Of a stretch of 64,000 bases of DNA, positions 49,210-62,973 are shown in pieces. Position 1 is the stretch's first letter; each line of letters begins with the position of its first letter. A program made the position numbers and the translations under genes. Under the pieces are notes generated by a model. It had not been told where the DNA came from. It worked only from the letters and a program-made list of their open reading frames with translations, and did not search any database. Source of the DNA: Octopus vulgaris (taxonomy: Eukaryota); the NCBI GenBank assembly GCA_951406725.2, contig OX597815.1:32674001-32738000 (forward strand). The letters are read 5' to 3'.

Positions 49210-49729
49210 CTGAATGTAAATCTATTTAGATTTAAAAAGTAAATGCTACCCTTTCCATTCTCCTTGCCAGCAATTTTATCAACAAGAAATATTCCAAAAG
49301 AAATAGATGAAATCTTTAGTTTTCTTGTTGTTTTGCTGTTGTTGTAGTCTTTAGTATATGGTAAGTATGAGGTGAAAACTTATCAGTCAATGTTTGATAA
49401 CAATCTCCAAAAAAGAAAACAAAAAAATATGACTGCAAAGTACAAATAATATTTTTTTGTGAAGAACTTGTAATATAATAACTGGCCAGTGAAGGAAATA
49501 TGTTATGTGTATTGCAGAGTTGAGGTAAATTCTCTGAAAGTCATGCCATGACCTAATTTTGACTCACAGCTGTAGATATTTCGCTATTTTACATGAATTT
49601 TCTCCTTGAAAATATTCTGAATGAACGTCACACAGTCTTATTCTTCAAATATATTAAAATGTGGCTCTGTGTAGAGGCAAGAAATCTATATCATACAAGA
49701 AACATGTTGTGAATGCTGTCTTTGCTATT

Positions 49730-49930
49730 GCTTTTGTTTAACCTCAAGTCAGCTTTGATCAAGAAGATCAATGATCATGGTTCCAGCCATGACCATCCTG
49801 ATTTTCTGTGTATGAGGACCTACACTGTCCAGTATGACCTTCTCTTTTAAGACGATATGATGTGATTTAGGGAGATCTGGTTGCTATTTCTAGCTGGTTG
49901 AACAACAAAGTAAAGGCTTTACAGTTAGCT
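49730..49930 (+). mobile_element. Family H repeat
   Basis: ttccagccatgaccatcc..gtgatttagggagatctggttgctatttctagc. Confidence 0.55.
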
Positions 49931-50224
49931 CAATGTTGCCAAGTGTTGCTGAAAGTAGCAACTTTTGAGGGATATGAATTTAATGTATGGTTATGAACAT
50001 TTGCCTTTGTTTCATGCCACTAATATTCCTGAGATGGGACTAATGTCATTGTTATTGTTGTTTGGCCTCATCTCAGACCTAATCAAGCAGACCCCTATTC
50101 CACATAGGTACTTAAATAAGCAACAAAATATAATCCACACATCAATTGCTGCAGCTCTACCATGCCTCTATCACCCAGTGGAGGATTATGTTTTGCATAC
50201 TGACATGCAGTGGTTTATTATATA

Positions 50225-51858
50225 ATGGGTTGGCCAAAAAGTCTAGTTTTCAAGCAGTTTAATAAGTAGCTAACTTCAGTCTGTCCCTTGGGTATGTACA
50301 CTTGTTAGATATTTGACACTCCAACATAGTTCAACACAAACTTGGGTGGAGACAGGTTGTATTTTGTATGTTTGGAATCACCCTGAAAATGGAGAGCCAA
50401 AACAAACATTATTAATACCTTGTTCTTTTTTATATCAAAAAAGCAAGAAAGTGACGGAACCCTGCAAGAAGATATGCACTGTGTACAGAGAGGACATTGT
50501 TATGGAATATGTGTGCCAGAAGTGGTTTTTAAGATTTCAATCCTAAAATTTTTCAGCTCAAGATGTGCCTCACACTGGTTAGTCAACTGAGATTAAGAGA
50601 GACACAATGAAGTTAGTTAACACCAACCCCCATTTCACAACCGGAATGATTGCATATGTTCTCCAGATATCCAGATTTAGTGTTGAAAATCATCTGCATC
50701 AATCTGGTTATATCAGCAAGCTCAATGTTTGGGTCCCACATCAATTAAATGTGGCAAACCTTGCTCAATGGATTTCCATCTGCAATTCATTGCGGGTGCC
50801 TGAAGAAAATTACCCTTTTTTTTGAAGAGAATGGGGACAGGGGTGAAAAACAGATTGTCTAAAACAATGCCCATGCTAGTAGGGTGCCAAGAGCACCACC
50901 CGAGTGTAATCATTGCCAGAGTGGCTAACTGGCTTCCGTGCTAGTGGAATGTAAAAGGCACCATTTGAGCGTGATCGTTACCAGCATTGCCTTACTGGCA
51001 CTTGTGCCGGTGGCATGTGTAAAAAGATTCGAGTGAGGTTGTTGCCAGTACAGCCTGACAGGCTCCCATGCAGGTGGCACGTAAGAAGCACCCACTACAC
51101 TCTCGGAGTGGTTGGCATTAGGAAGGGCATCCAGCTGTAGAAACTCTGCCAGATCAAGACTGGAGCTTGGTGCAGCCATCATCCGACCCATGCTAGCATG
51201 GAAATCGGACGTTAAACGACGACGACGATGATGATGAATGTGAAGTGCAAATGATTGTGGGGGAAGTGCATCAAACCACCACCAACCACCAGAACAGGAC
51301 TTCACCCGAAGAAGGTTATGCTTTCAATCTGATAGGATTGGGAGGGTGCTGTCTTTTATGAGCTTCTTCTCATGAACAGGACCATCAGTTCAGAGATGTA
51401 CTGTAACCAGTTGAACAAATTAAATGCAGTTTATCCACCAGAAGCATCTGGCACTTGCAAATCATAAGGGCATTGTCTTTCATCACATGCCAAACTGCAC
51501 ACTTCTTTGCAGACATAGCAGAAGTTACTTGGGTTTGGCTAAGAAGTTTTGTTACATTCTCTCCACATTTGCCTGACCTTGCATCTCCAGATTTCTACCT
51601 GTTTTTATCTCTTCACAATTAATTGAATCAACAGACTGTCATCTCTGAAGAAAATGTAAAAATTTATCTTGAGATTTTTTTCACCAGTAAAGGCAAAAAA
51701 TTCTTTAAGTAGGGAATACTGGCAACGCCCACAAGTTGGTAGAAGATACAGGAATGAAAGTGTAATTATATCATTTGACTGAATAAATCACTTTGAGTTT
51801 AAAACTTGTGTCTAATTTCCACTTGATAAAAATCAAACAATCTTTTTGGCCAACCCTA
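50225..51858 (+). mobile_element. Mariner transposon with transposase pseudogene, interrupted by a family B copy
   Basis: TIRs gggttggccaaaaag / ctttttggccaaccc; VYREDIV..CQKWF, WVPHQL, LHPKKVML, LPDLASPDFYLF motifs. Confidence 0.92.
50870..51236 (+). mobile_element. Family B SINE-like within the mariner
   Basis: Tandem units, core and (GAC/GAT)n tail. Confidence 0.9.
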
Positions 51859-51991
51859 CACGCACGCACATGCACACATACACACAGAGTTTGCAGTGTT
51901 ACACTTCTAGGCATCTTGTATGCTTTTTGCAGTTCAGTTGTTTCAGTACTCCAGTTGTTGTTCTTATTGTTCAGTCCTAGGTCAACCTTGA

Positions 51992-52106
51992 TTAACCCTT
52001 TCGTTACCGTATTTATTTTGAGATGCTCTGTGTTTCATTCAATTGAATTTGCTAAACCGCCTTAATTGAGCAAAGGGAATTTAGTAAAAGAACTTAGTTA
52101 TCATTA
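51992..52106. mobile_element. piggyBac-like MITE end fragment
   Basis: TTAA followed by CCCTTTCGTTACC; second end not seen. Confidence 0.35.
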
Positions 52107-52375
52107 AGCTAAGTAACGGGAACATAAACACACAGCATCGGTTGTCAAGCAATGCTAGGGGACAAACACAGACACACAAACACACACATGCATATATATA
52201 TATACATATATAGGACGGGCTTCTTTCAGTTTCCGTATACCAAATCCACTCACAAGGCTTTGGTCGGCATGAGGCTATAGTAGAAGACACTTGCCCAAGG
52301 TGCTACGCAGTGGGACTGAACCCGGAACCATGTGGTTGGTAGACAAGCTACTTACCACACAGCCACTCCTGTGCC
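52107..52375 (-). mobile_element. Family A SINE, 3' end missing
   Basis: Alignment to family A. Confidence 0.88.
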
Positions 52376-53086
52376 TATATCATTAGGGAATGAACATGAA
52401 ACTATATTATCTGAATATCTAATATTCTTTATTTTAGATGGTAGGGTGTGGTTTAAAGGAAATTTGGCTGCCATTTCTAGCAAATTGAGTGACTATTTAA
52501 AGAGTCCTTTTTTCACTTGAGTATATGTCTGTAGGTTCTGATAGCAACCAAAGGAAACATGAGAAAGATGAATTCAATCTGAATACAACAGTTGCTATTC
52601 CTCAGCATTAATGTTTGAATCATGAAACTTTAAGCAAACTGGATTAAAAGTTTCCAAATTTTTTTAATCAATGCTGATGAAAAGGAAGGAGGAAGTGAGT
52701 AAAAAAAAGTGAGAGGGAGAGAGAGAGAGATAGTGATGGTAAGAGGAGGAGAGAGATAGGTCAAGGGAAAGATTAGTATGGCACCATCAGAGAGGAATAC
52801 AATGGAATAAATGTGGAGTATAGACAGACATATCTGATTACTTCTCTAGTCTTTAGTATGGAAAGAAGAGGCAGTCATCATAGTCTTTTTACATCACCTC
52901 TCCTCCAAACTTGAGAATAAGGTCAGCTTGGTTGAAGGGGCGGTTAAATTTCAGAACTGTTTAGGATTGGTACATTGCAGATAAAATATGGCCCTGAAAG
53001 GGGTTACCAAATGAATGCAATTAAAAAAAAGGTTTGGCAAAGTTTTTAATATAGAAATAAAGTAGAATCTCATCACATGTTTAACA

Positions 53087-53430
53087 TAAGTAGCTTGCTT
53101 ACCAACCACATGGTTCTGGGTTCAGTCCCACTGCGTGGCACCTTGGGCAAGTGTCTTTTACTATAGCCTCAGGTCGACCAAAGCCTTGTGAGTGGATTTG
53201 GTAGATGGAAACTGAAAGAATCCCGTCATATGTGTGTGTGTGTGTGTGTGTGTGTTTGTGTGTCTGTGTTTGTCCTCCCAACGTTGCTTGACAACCGATT
53301 TTTGTGTTTATGTCCCTGTAACTTAGCGGATCGGCAAATAAGATCGATAGAATAAATACTAGGCTTACAAAGGCGGTGCTCCAGCATGGCCACAGTCAAA
53401 TGACTGAAATAAGTAAAAGAGTAAAAGAGT
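53087..53430 (+). mobile_element. Family A SINE
   Basis: Alignment to family A with a small internal deletion. Confidence 0.88.
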
Positions 53431-54875
53431 ATAATAAGTTGAAAAACTTTAACTAAAATTATCTGCATTATTATATACAAAAATCCCCTGTAGGGATGTT
53501 TAAACTCTAAAAGCAACAGTCAAGAGAATTGGCTTCAATAAAATCACTTATTTGAAATTTTGGAAGATATAGAAAATTCAATACCAGGAGTGGATTTGGT
53601 TTTTAAGCCAACTACTGAAAGTAATAGGCATGTTTTGGTCTTCTTAGACCTCCTCAGTGAAGCATATCCAAATCAGACCCTTTTAGTCACATATGATGAC
53701 ACCATGAAGTGTGATGTACCTATTCTATATCTACATATTATATCAGGTGAAGACCACAGAAAACCAATCTAAAATATTCTCCATAGACATTCTCTGATAG
53801 CATAGCAATTTCTTTCTTTCTTTCTTTTTTTTTCTTTTGAATGATCTAGTTAGAAGGAAAGAGCAGTGTCCATGACCTTCAAAGGCTTTCCAAGACTGTT
53901 ATGATTAATGTCATTGATGTTCACTTGGAACGTATGTAAGTCAATGACTGCTGGAAAAATGTCAAAGAGAAGGTGATTTCAGAAGGTTAGGGTTGGCTCA
54001 GAGGAGGATGGGAGTTATATAGTACAAATAGCAAAAGGATGAGTGAGTTATGTGAACATGGATTGATGATGCTACTGAGCTGGCTAGTCCTGATGATCAG
54101 AGGCAATGGTAGTGACAGCAGGAAAGGCAGAATAAGGAGCAGTTTATCTAAGGATCAAAAGTGTATTTGAGAGTGAGATTTTTATTTAAAAGTGATCTGG
54201 GATATTCTTGTGTGTAACTTCAAAACAGTTCCAGACACCAGAATAATATTACATTGGAGCTCAGATCAGCAACTGCTTAGAGGGAAATATTTTTAGTCCT
54301 TAAACAGGAATGCAGTTTTTGCCCTATTATGTATGCGAGATTGCTGTGAGAGATCACCAGTAATTATTAGGTCTAATATATGCAACAACTTCAAGGGTAT
54401 TAGTTGTATGTTGTTCAATAATTGTGAGAGAGAGGCATAAGATTGTTTCTTTGATATGTGTAGAGATTGTATCTTTATGCCACTGAAGAAGACAAGATTA
54501 TTGAGTCCTTTTAGAAAATGTTTTCATGGTCTCTCTGTTCATAAAAGTAATGCAGTTTTGATATCATATGTCTAAATGATATATAGATGGTGCCTGTACA
54601 GTTAGAAATGGGTAAAAAGTGACATTATCTGCATTAAAATGATATTAGAGGTGGCATCTTTGAAATACAGGAATTAGAGCAAAAAAGATATAACTGAATT
54701 TTTCGCCACATTGATGTCAAGAGAATATGGATCAGAGAAAGCCTCTTCCACATACTATGATGATAAAATCTGCTAACAAGAAGCTTTTAATCCAAGAAAC
54801 AAGAGATGGATGAAGCCATAGGTAGATAGTTTAGTTAGGTGATTCTTGAACTTGATATGGACAAGTATTAGGCTA

Positions 54876-56150
54876 ATCAGGTCATCCCATAAGTTGTGTC
54901 CGAATTTTGAATAAAGAAAACAAGTGATCAAATGTTATATTTAATTGAAATTTAATCATCAATGTACATTCCTGATTTTCTATGACTTCCTTCCATCTAT
55001 TTACAAGCTTTTTGATCCCATCAATGTAAAACTCAAAGCGAAGAACTCTGAAATGTCAGTTTTGACCTCCTCCTGGTTTGCAAAAGTTATGTCCCCGCAA
55101 ATGATTCTGTAAACTATGAAACAAATGGTAGTCTGAAGGAGCAAGGTTGGGAGAATAAGGTAGATGAGGAACTTTTTCCCAACCGAGCTCTTCGATCTTC
55201 TGTGATGTGATCTTTGCAGTGTGGGGTCACACATTGTCCTGATGAAACATCACTCCTTTTCGATTCACTAAAGTGGGTCTTTTCTTCTTCAAAGCTTGGT
55301 TCAAATGCTCTAATTGCTGACAGTAGACTTGAGCCTTGATTGTTACATTAGGTGGTAACAATTCAAAGTGAATTATTCCTTTGCAATCCCACCATATAGA
55401 GAGAAGAACCTTTTTCCCATGAAGTTCCCTTCTCAGTTGTGGTTGAGCTTTTTCCCTTTTACCAAGTCACTGTTTGCGACGTTTAACATTTCAATAGACG
55501 ATCCATTTTTTGTTACCAGTCACAAGTCTATCCAAAAAGGGTGAAATGAGTTTGTGAGAATGGGGAGAAGAGCAGATGTCAAACCGGGATTTGTGGTTAC
55601 TTTTAAACAATTCATGGGGCACCCATTTTCCAAGTTTAGGAGCCTTTCCAAGTTGTTGAAGATGACAATGAACAGCTGTATGGTTTGATATAAGCTTTAT
55701 TGCCAATTCTTCAACTAATAATGCAAGATTTTCTTCAAGTAATGCCTCAAGGAGTTTATCATCAAACTCAACTGGATGTCCTGTTTGATCTTCATCTTCA
55801 AGGCTGAAATCTCAACTTCTGAATTTTGCAAACCATCTTCTGCAAGTTCTTTCATTCAAGCATTCTTTCCCATAAACTGAGTGTATGTTTCCAGTCGCTT
55901 CGGCTGCAGAGTTTCCTTTTTGTACTCACAAAGCATTATGTGCCACAAATGCTCTTTGGTTACTTCCATGTTAGAAAGGGTTTTAATCGAAGAAATTTTA
56001 ATTCTATTATTCTGTAATATTTAACTAGTTCAAATATACACAAATGCATAAAAATAATTTTTAATTCCATTAGACATTCTAAAATACTATTAAATTTCAT
56101 TCAATTTATAAAAAGATAAAATCAGACAGAACTTATGGTATGACCTGATA
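54876..56150 (-). mobile_element. Near full-length mariner transposon (~1.27 kb), transposase pseudogene
   Basis: TIRs atcaggtcatcccataagtt / aacttatggtatgacctgat; LGKWVPHEL, FLDRLVTGNKKWIVY, FHQDN motifs; frameshifts and stops. Confidence 0.93.
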
Positions 56151-56800
56151 TTTTGCTAAATTTCTCAAGGGCCATGGCCCACAGGTAATTAATACAGGAG
56201 AGTATAATCTCTGCAGATTTAAACTATACTGAAGTCACCAAGGAAGAAAAAGGATTAGACATGTTAGAGAAAGAGTTTGTTAACAATTGTTCTATCACTT
56301 TTAAGATATTGGAATTGAGAGGGATAGGTTAATAGGTGGCAGGGTCAGAGGGGCTTCTCTTCTTGGGAATGGAACACACTTTAGTCTGTTTCAAAATATC
56401 AGGATATATGAGAGTGAGAGAGAGAGAGAAAGACATTTGTGAAGGACAGGACTTAGTAATGGAGTACAGTAAAGGTAATATTAGAAGGACATTCTTAGGG
56501 CTAGCAGCCTTGTTGGATTGAAGTTACTGGAAGGGGTGTTTGCAGTTGGTGAAGTTGATGAAGTGGAGAAGAAAAGTGTGGAATTTTTCCAAAGTGTGCA
56601 TGTGCCAAGAGCGTACAATGTGGAATTGGATGCAAAGTGAGCAGTAAGTTTGAAAACTTTTCTCTTTAAGAGTACAGCTGGCAGAGACATCTTAGTTGTG
56701 GTGTGGTAGGTAGGAGGATTCCACAAATTTGATAGAAATCCTTTTGGCAAGGAACCAAAAGGACTGATTGCTGTTTGTGAGGCAGGAAAGCCTGCAGGCT
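56151..56800 (-). mobile_element. Old CR1/L2/Jockey-group LINE RT remnant, probably continuing left of the mariner
   Basis: Minus-strand FASNSTL, PNKAA and PIPKKRSPSDPATY*PI resemble the RT N-terminal PIPKK..DPxNYRPI motif. Confidence 0.55.
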
Positions 56801-57347
56801 GGCATCATATACGATTTAAAATATTAAACTAAAATGTCTCTACACTCATATATAAAACAGACTGAGATAAGTGCTTCTATATTGTTACAATAGATTGTAG
56901 ATTCTATCTTAGAATTCATACTGCTTTATTAACTATAATCTAACCAAATGGGTGGCCACCAAGTATTCTTTTATTTGTCATTATTTTTTATGTTATTGAT
57001 AATGATGATGGTGATAATGATGATGATGACGACGATGAAGGGGTTGAAAGAAGAAGAGGAGGGGAAGGAAGGAGGAAGAGGACAATGATGAAGATGAATG
57101 AAAACGACAGCAATGATGAAACAGATGATGTTAACAAGTTTTTACAAAACCCTTAACAATATTTAAAAATATAGACATTATTTAAAGAATAGTATCAGAA
57201 CTGGAATCCATAATTTATAACCTTGTTATGTAAATGATGATGATGATGGTGGTGGTGGTGTCAGTGGTTTTGGTGGTGGCAGCGGCAATGGCAGCAGCGA
57301 TGGGATGGCAGTGATGGTGGTGTCGGGAACAGTAGTGATGGTAGTAG

Positions 57348-57380
<33 letters not shown>

Positions 57381-58850
57381 CGATGATGAACATAATGTCA
57401 TTGTTGCCATTTTGCCACTGCTGCCATTATTGTCATTATTGCCACAATTGGTGCACTAGCTTTGCAGAGTCTAATTCCATTCAGCCAGCAACAGTTCTTA
57501 ACATTATAAACCAAAAAACAAGCTTTGTGTTTTACAACACAATTAGTTTAGTTACCAATTTAGCGATCACCTGTAATGATGTCTTCCTTACTGGATTTAC
57601 TAGAGACAAACTACTTTCACCCCCACGCAAATTCTTCATTCACAACTGATGTTTACCATTCACTCGTTCTTTCACTAAGTGGTTATAGTTAACTTTTCCA
57701 CTATCATTACACACATATCACACCCGTAATATTTCAGCTCATTCTTCTCAGTTTTCTTGTAATCCTTCAACACATCTTTCATCTTCTCTCCTTTAACACA
57801 TAGAAAAAAACAAAAACAAAAAAAAAACAAAGAAAGTACTTTCATTCAGTTTCTCTATTTGCTACATTCACTGCTGATCAAGCCATTCCACTCAGTTATT
57901 ACTAAACCTTCATTACTTCTGTAACCTTACACTTGTGTTTTTTTTTTTTGCTTTTTTTATATCTCTTGGCTAAATGCTTTTATCTCCTACTCTTGTCTAT
58001 TGTATTGTGTTTCTTAGCTGATCATGTTGTATATATGTTTGTAAGATCTATCCATAAACTATCCCTCTTTATAATCTGTATCCTGCAATAAACATTACTG
58101 AAAAAAAAACCCCAGGTGTCTTTAATATTATCAGTAACAGAAGGTGTGTTGCATATAAATATATTGTTTCCTCATGCACGTAAACTTCCGTTTCACACAA
58201 AACTTAACACTCTTCACATATGCATATCATAAACTTCATCAGTTTTTGCTTTTGAGTCTACACTGTAAGGCACGACCGGCTTTGGGGTTTTTCTACAAAA
58301 ATTTTACTTCAGTGTCATTTCCTATTTTTAACCCTATTTATTTGAAAATATTTATGGTCAGTCTATTGTGATCAAATGGCTTTCCATCAACCTGAAATAT
58401 TTAAACGCTTTTGTTGAAGTACATGAGTGAAGAGGAAAATACTTAGATAGAAAAGTGGAATGGTATGTACGTGATTATAGAGGGAAATGATTAGATGAAC
58501 AGAAAGATAAGACATAGAGGAGATTCTATATATTCTAAAAACACTAAAAGACCAATATAGACTAAATCATTGAATTATATTCACAAAAACTATTTTGATC
58601 AGTAGTACTGAGGATATTTATGGATTTTTCATCAGGTGGTCATTTCAGAGCAAACAATTGGAACTACATAATGTGGTAGATAAAAGAATAATCAGAAAAA
58701 GAACATAACCATAACATTAGTAGGAATGTATGTGTGTGTGCGTGTGTGTTGAAAAGGGGTTTGGTGCTTCCATACAAGTTTTATTTTATAAACAAAAGAA
58801 TGGATGAAAATGTACAATAAAGTTAAAACTGTACATCTCATCCATTTTTT

Positions 58851-58891
<41 letters not shown>

Positions 58892-59187
58892 TCATCGTCA
58901 TCATCATCATCATCTTCATTGTTTAACGTCTGTTTTCCATGCTGGCATGGGTTGGACAGTTTGATTGAGGTCTGGAAAGCCAGCAGCTGCACCAGGCTCC
59001 AATCTGATCAGGCAATGTTTCTACAGCTGGACACCCTTCCTAAAGCCAACCACTCTGAGAGTGTAGTGGGTGCTTTTTATGTGCTACTGGCACAGGAGCC
59101 AGTTAGGTGGCCCTGGCATCGATCACATTCAGATAGTGCTTTTTATGTGCTGCTGGCACAGGAGCCAATTGGGGGCACTGGCATCGA
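58892..59187 (-). mobile_element. Family B SINE-like
   Basis: (CAT)n, core and 2 tandem units. Confidence 0.88.
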
Positions 59188-59564
59188 CATATATATGTAT
59201 AGTCAAATACACTGAATTGTTTGTAAGATAGACCTGCTGCAATAGAGTGGTTAGGAATATTCCTGAAGTTTCATGAGTAAAGCTCATCAGAAGTTTAACG
59301 TATGTTAATTTATATATCAGAAGAATAGCTGGTATGAAGAGAAATAAAGTTGAGGCTTCCAACTTATGACCTAGTTCTGTCCTGGCTATCTAGCAGAAGT
59401 TAATGTGGTTTTTACTTGATTCCCAAGGTTTGTTTACCCTCTTTAGTCAGTGGAGGTGATTTTATATCATTACTAGTATGTACTGTACTGTGAAATATAT
59501 TCTATTTTATCTTCTTATATTGCATTATCGTATGCAGTTACCATTTTTCTTTAAAGGGAAGTAG

Positions 59565-59752
59565 CCTCTGAGCCTCAACTAGCTAGAAATGACAAACGTA
59601 TCTCCCTCAGATCACACTCTACCATTTGGAGAAAGGAAGGGACACACAAGATAATGTAGTCCTACATACCCCTAAAACAGCAAGTTGACCATGGCTGGAA
59701 GACTTTTGATAATAGTAGGTCTTCTCAAAGAGGTTTGATCTGACCTAAACCA
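59565..59752 (-). mobile_element. Family H repeat
   Basis: gctagaaat..atctccctcagatcacac..ccatggctggaa. Confidence 0.55.
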
Positions 59753-60565
59753 AAGTAAGAGCATTTTCCTTTCTTTAACTTGCTTGATTTAGGAAACACA
59801 AGATGTAGTTTATTACCTTCTGCAATGGGTGCTGATCCACAATAATAATTCAGAACACTTTTTAACATTATGTTTAATCAAATCAAAGGCTTCTTATTTG
59901 TGTAAATATATATGATGAAATGATACCCTGAAGAACTATTGTGGAGCAGCATCCAATTGCATTGTGAACACCCAGTGCAGAGGATGCAAACAGACTCAAT
60001 GGAGAAATGCACTTAGAACACAAATACTATGCACTGCATCTTGTATTTATCATACTTTTACTAATATTTGCCCTATATATCACAACTGGTAATACTGTTG
60101 AATACATAATTAGTCATACCACTTTACACTAAATAGACTGGATGAAGATACTCTTTATGGGGCTCTAAACTCACCATAACAAACATACATCTAACTGTAC
60201 ACAGTTATTTTATTTTATCTTTTTATTTCATTCATTATATATTTTCCTTAGGTTTTACAGGAATTGAACCATCCATTGTTGGCTTGAAGTTTCTTTTTAG
60301 TCAACTACAATTTATTCCTTTCAAAGTTTCTAAAGCACCTTAGCTTATGGATACATACTTTGTTATCCAGTGCATCAACAATTTTCCCATTTTGTGGATA
60401 GGTTCCTGTCACTTCTGTTTATAAGTTACATGGTGTGCAAACCCTTTTTGGTTTATAACGTGAGATAATATTTCTATTTTCCCATATTTTGGCTACTTCT
60501 TTCATTTAATCTTCCAAGTCATGCTATTTACTCTGTTTATTACTGCATTATTAGAAAATGGATTA

Positions 60566-60808
60566 AGGTGGCAAGCTGACAGAATCATTAGAATGTGGGC
60601 AAAATGCTTAGCAGCATTTCATCTCTCTTTATGTTCTGTGTTCAAATTCTGCCAGGGTCGATTTTACCTTTCATCCTTTCAGGGTCGATTTTACCTTTCA
60701 TCATTTCAGGGTCGATAAAATAAGTACCACTTGAGCACTAGGGGTCGATGTAACCGACTTATCCCTTTCCCCAAAATTTCAAGCCTTGTGCCTATAATAG
60801 AAAGGATT
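60566..60808 (+). mobile_element. Family C SINE with an internal ~27-bp tandem duplication
   Basis: cagggtcgattttacctttcatc repeated across 60653-60716. Confidence 0.85.
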
Positions 60809-61064
60809 GTTAGAAAATGGACTAATTCACCTTTCATACATGTTAGGATGTGATAAATGTGTAGAAGCTTAATGAGCTACTTGTGATATGACTGCAAAAA
60901 TATTGCTGACACTCAGAGAAAATGGGATGCTGCTGCTGGAAGGTACTAACTTTTGTATTGTGGATGGAAAATTTTCATGCAGTGTAAAAAAATATTTGAA
61001 TTTATTTTATGTATGGCCATAACTAGTTGGGTGTAACTGTGGATGGTCACATGTCACACAAGTC

Positions 61065-61437
61065 AAAAGTGAGAGAGTATATTTATTGTTAAGTTAAGTT
61101 AATTTTTTGGCTCAAAAAGCAAAAGCAAGGCCATGTAGGGGGACAGGGAGTTATGTATAGGGAGGGTGATCATACAAAGAGTTCAGGCCATTTCTGGTCA
61201 AGAGAGACTTTGAACCGAGCGGTCATCGGCATCTTCACTATCTCGTCCGGCAGCTTATTCCATGGATCCGCAACCCAGACGGAGAAAGCCCCTCTCCTTC
61301 GATTGAGGTGAACTCGTTGCAGATAGAGTGACCCCGCAGCCGATGCTCTGGAGCAGGAGTGAAGAACAGCTCTTTCGAGAGGTTATACTTTCCGCTTATG
61401 ATGTTGTGAGCAAGAATGAGATCACCACGGCGTCGTA
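61065..61437 (-). mobile_element. CR1-like LINE 3' end
   Basis: Minus-strand RRRGDLI..RLRGHS..AFSVWVADPWNKLPDEIV; (TTAAC)n tail. Confidence 0.85.
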
Positions 61438-61996
61438 TTGTTGTATGAAGAGGCTACTGAATGATGAATATTTCCATCAACATAAAGTTGTAGCCATGAA
61501 AAATATAGTATATGAATGTTTGTAAAGGTTGCAAAGCAAATAAACGTTAGATATTTAGTTCTATGAGCAACAATGACAATATGGAAATCTAACGGTAGAT
61601 TGGATCAAGCTTCTATTTTAATTCCATTCATATTTTAGGATGCTTGATATGAGTTTTGAATCAACTCCCAGGACTTGATGAGTATTTTATTCACCACAGA
61701 TAAAGGGAAAGTAAAAGAAGTGATCTTGGTAGGGTTTGGATTCAGAATATCAATTGTTTTTATAGTTGAGTAACTTACAAGTTATGATCCAGATTGTTAG
61801 TAATGCCCTGTTGTACTTGCTGGCTTGGGAATTAAATTTGCTTAGGGGGTGCAAACCCAGGTCCAAAAATATTTACAAACAAGATCTTGTTTTTTTTTGT
61901 TATTTATTTTTGTGTTTTGTTCTTTGAGAAGGAACCTAACTTTAAGCTACTTTTTACACATCACTTTTTATTTACCATTTTCTAAACCCGAGGAAA

Positions 61997-62378
61997 GTGG
62001 AGACGTGTGGCTTACTGGTTAGGGTGTTGAGCTCATGATTGTAAGGTTGTGGTTTCGGTTCCTGCACCAAGCGATGCGTTGTGTTCCTGAGCAAAACACT
62101 TCATTTTCATGGAGGCACATGGCCTAGTGGTTAGAGCAGCGGATTTGCAGTTGAGGGATCACGGGTTCGAAACTCGGACCAGACGATGTGTGTATTTATG
62201 AGTGAAACACCTAAGCTCCACATGGCTCTGGCAGAAGGTAATGGTGAAACTTCTGCTGACTCTTTCGCCACAACTTTCTCTCACTCTTTCCTCCCGCATC
62301 TTGCAGCTCACCTGCGACAGACCGGCGTCCCGTCCAAGTGGGGAACCTATACGCCAAGAAAATCGAGAAGGAACAAAC
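61997..62378 (+). mobile_element. Chimeric SINE: family D head (61997-62108) fused to family E (62110-62378) within one TSD
   Basis: 13-bp TSD aaacccgaggaaa at 61984-61996 and 62379-62391. Confidence 0.88.
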
Positions 62379-62973
62379 AAACCCGAGGAAAATAAGTAGG
62401 GCTGCAAATTTTGGTTCTGCACTCCGCAAAAATTCTAGGGAGTGTGCTTGCACCCCCTGTTCCAGGCCCATGGTTGTACTAGGAAAGGTGTCCTAAATTT
62501 CTTTTTTTTTTATAATTCTAAAGTATTCCTCAATATGTTAGTTATCTTTCACTGAACTGACCTACTTCATTCAAGTCGTTATGTATTGTATACACAAAGG
62601 ATAAAAGTTTGTCATATCACTGTAAACACTCTATGTAAAAGGTTTCTAGTTGATGACCAATGAAATTTAGACATTTCATATTTACTTATATTGACTCTGA
62701 ATATATTTATATTTATACGGAATAAATGAAATCCGTCTGCTGTTGCTTGTGCAGTTTTAAAATAAATCAAACACCATTAATTTGGTCTCCTGTCAGTTTT
62801 TTTTTTTTTTCATTATAATACATTTAGTGTGGTTTTTTTTTTAATCTCATTTTCAATCAGAATGTACATAAAGGTAAGTGAAGTGCAGTTCTCATATGAC
62901 ATTCCTTGATCTGAAGTTTTGAGTCAATGAAAGGAGATACAGAAGGACATTTCAAACAAATATCAATGTTACT

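Noticed and set aside
57590-57792. Possible minus-strand upstream exon
   Set aside because: Several weak alternative donors, no consistent frame.
59925-60016. CTGAAGA...CAATGG-AGAAATGCA possible hammerhead
   Set aside because: Long unstructured loop and no stem I; too weak to call.
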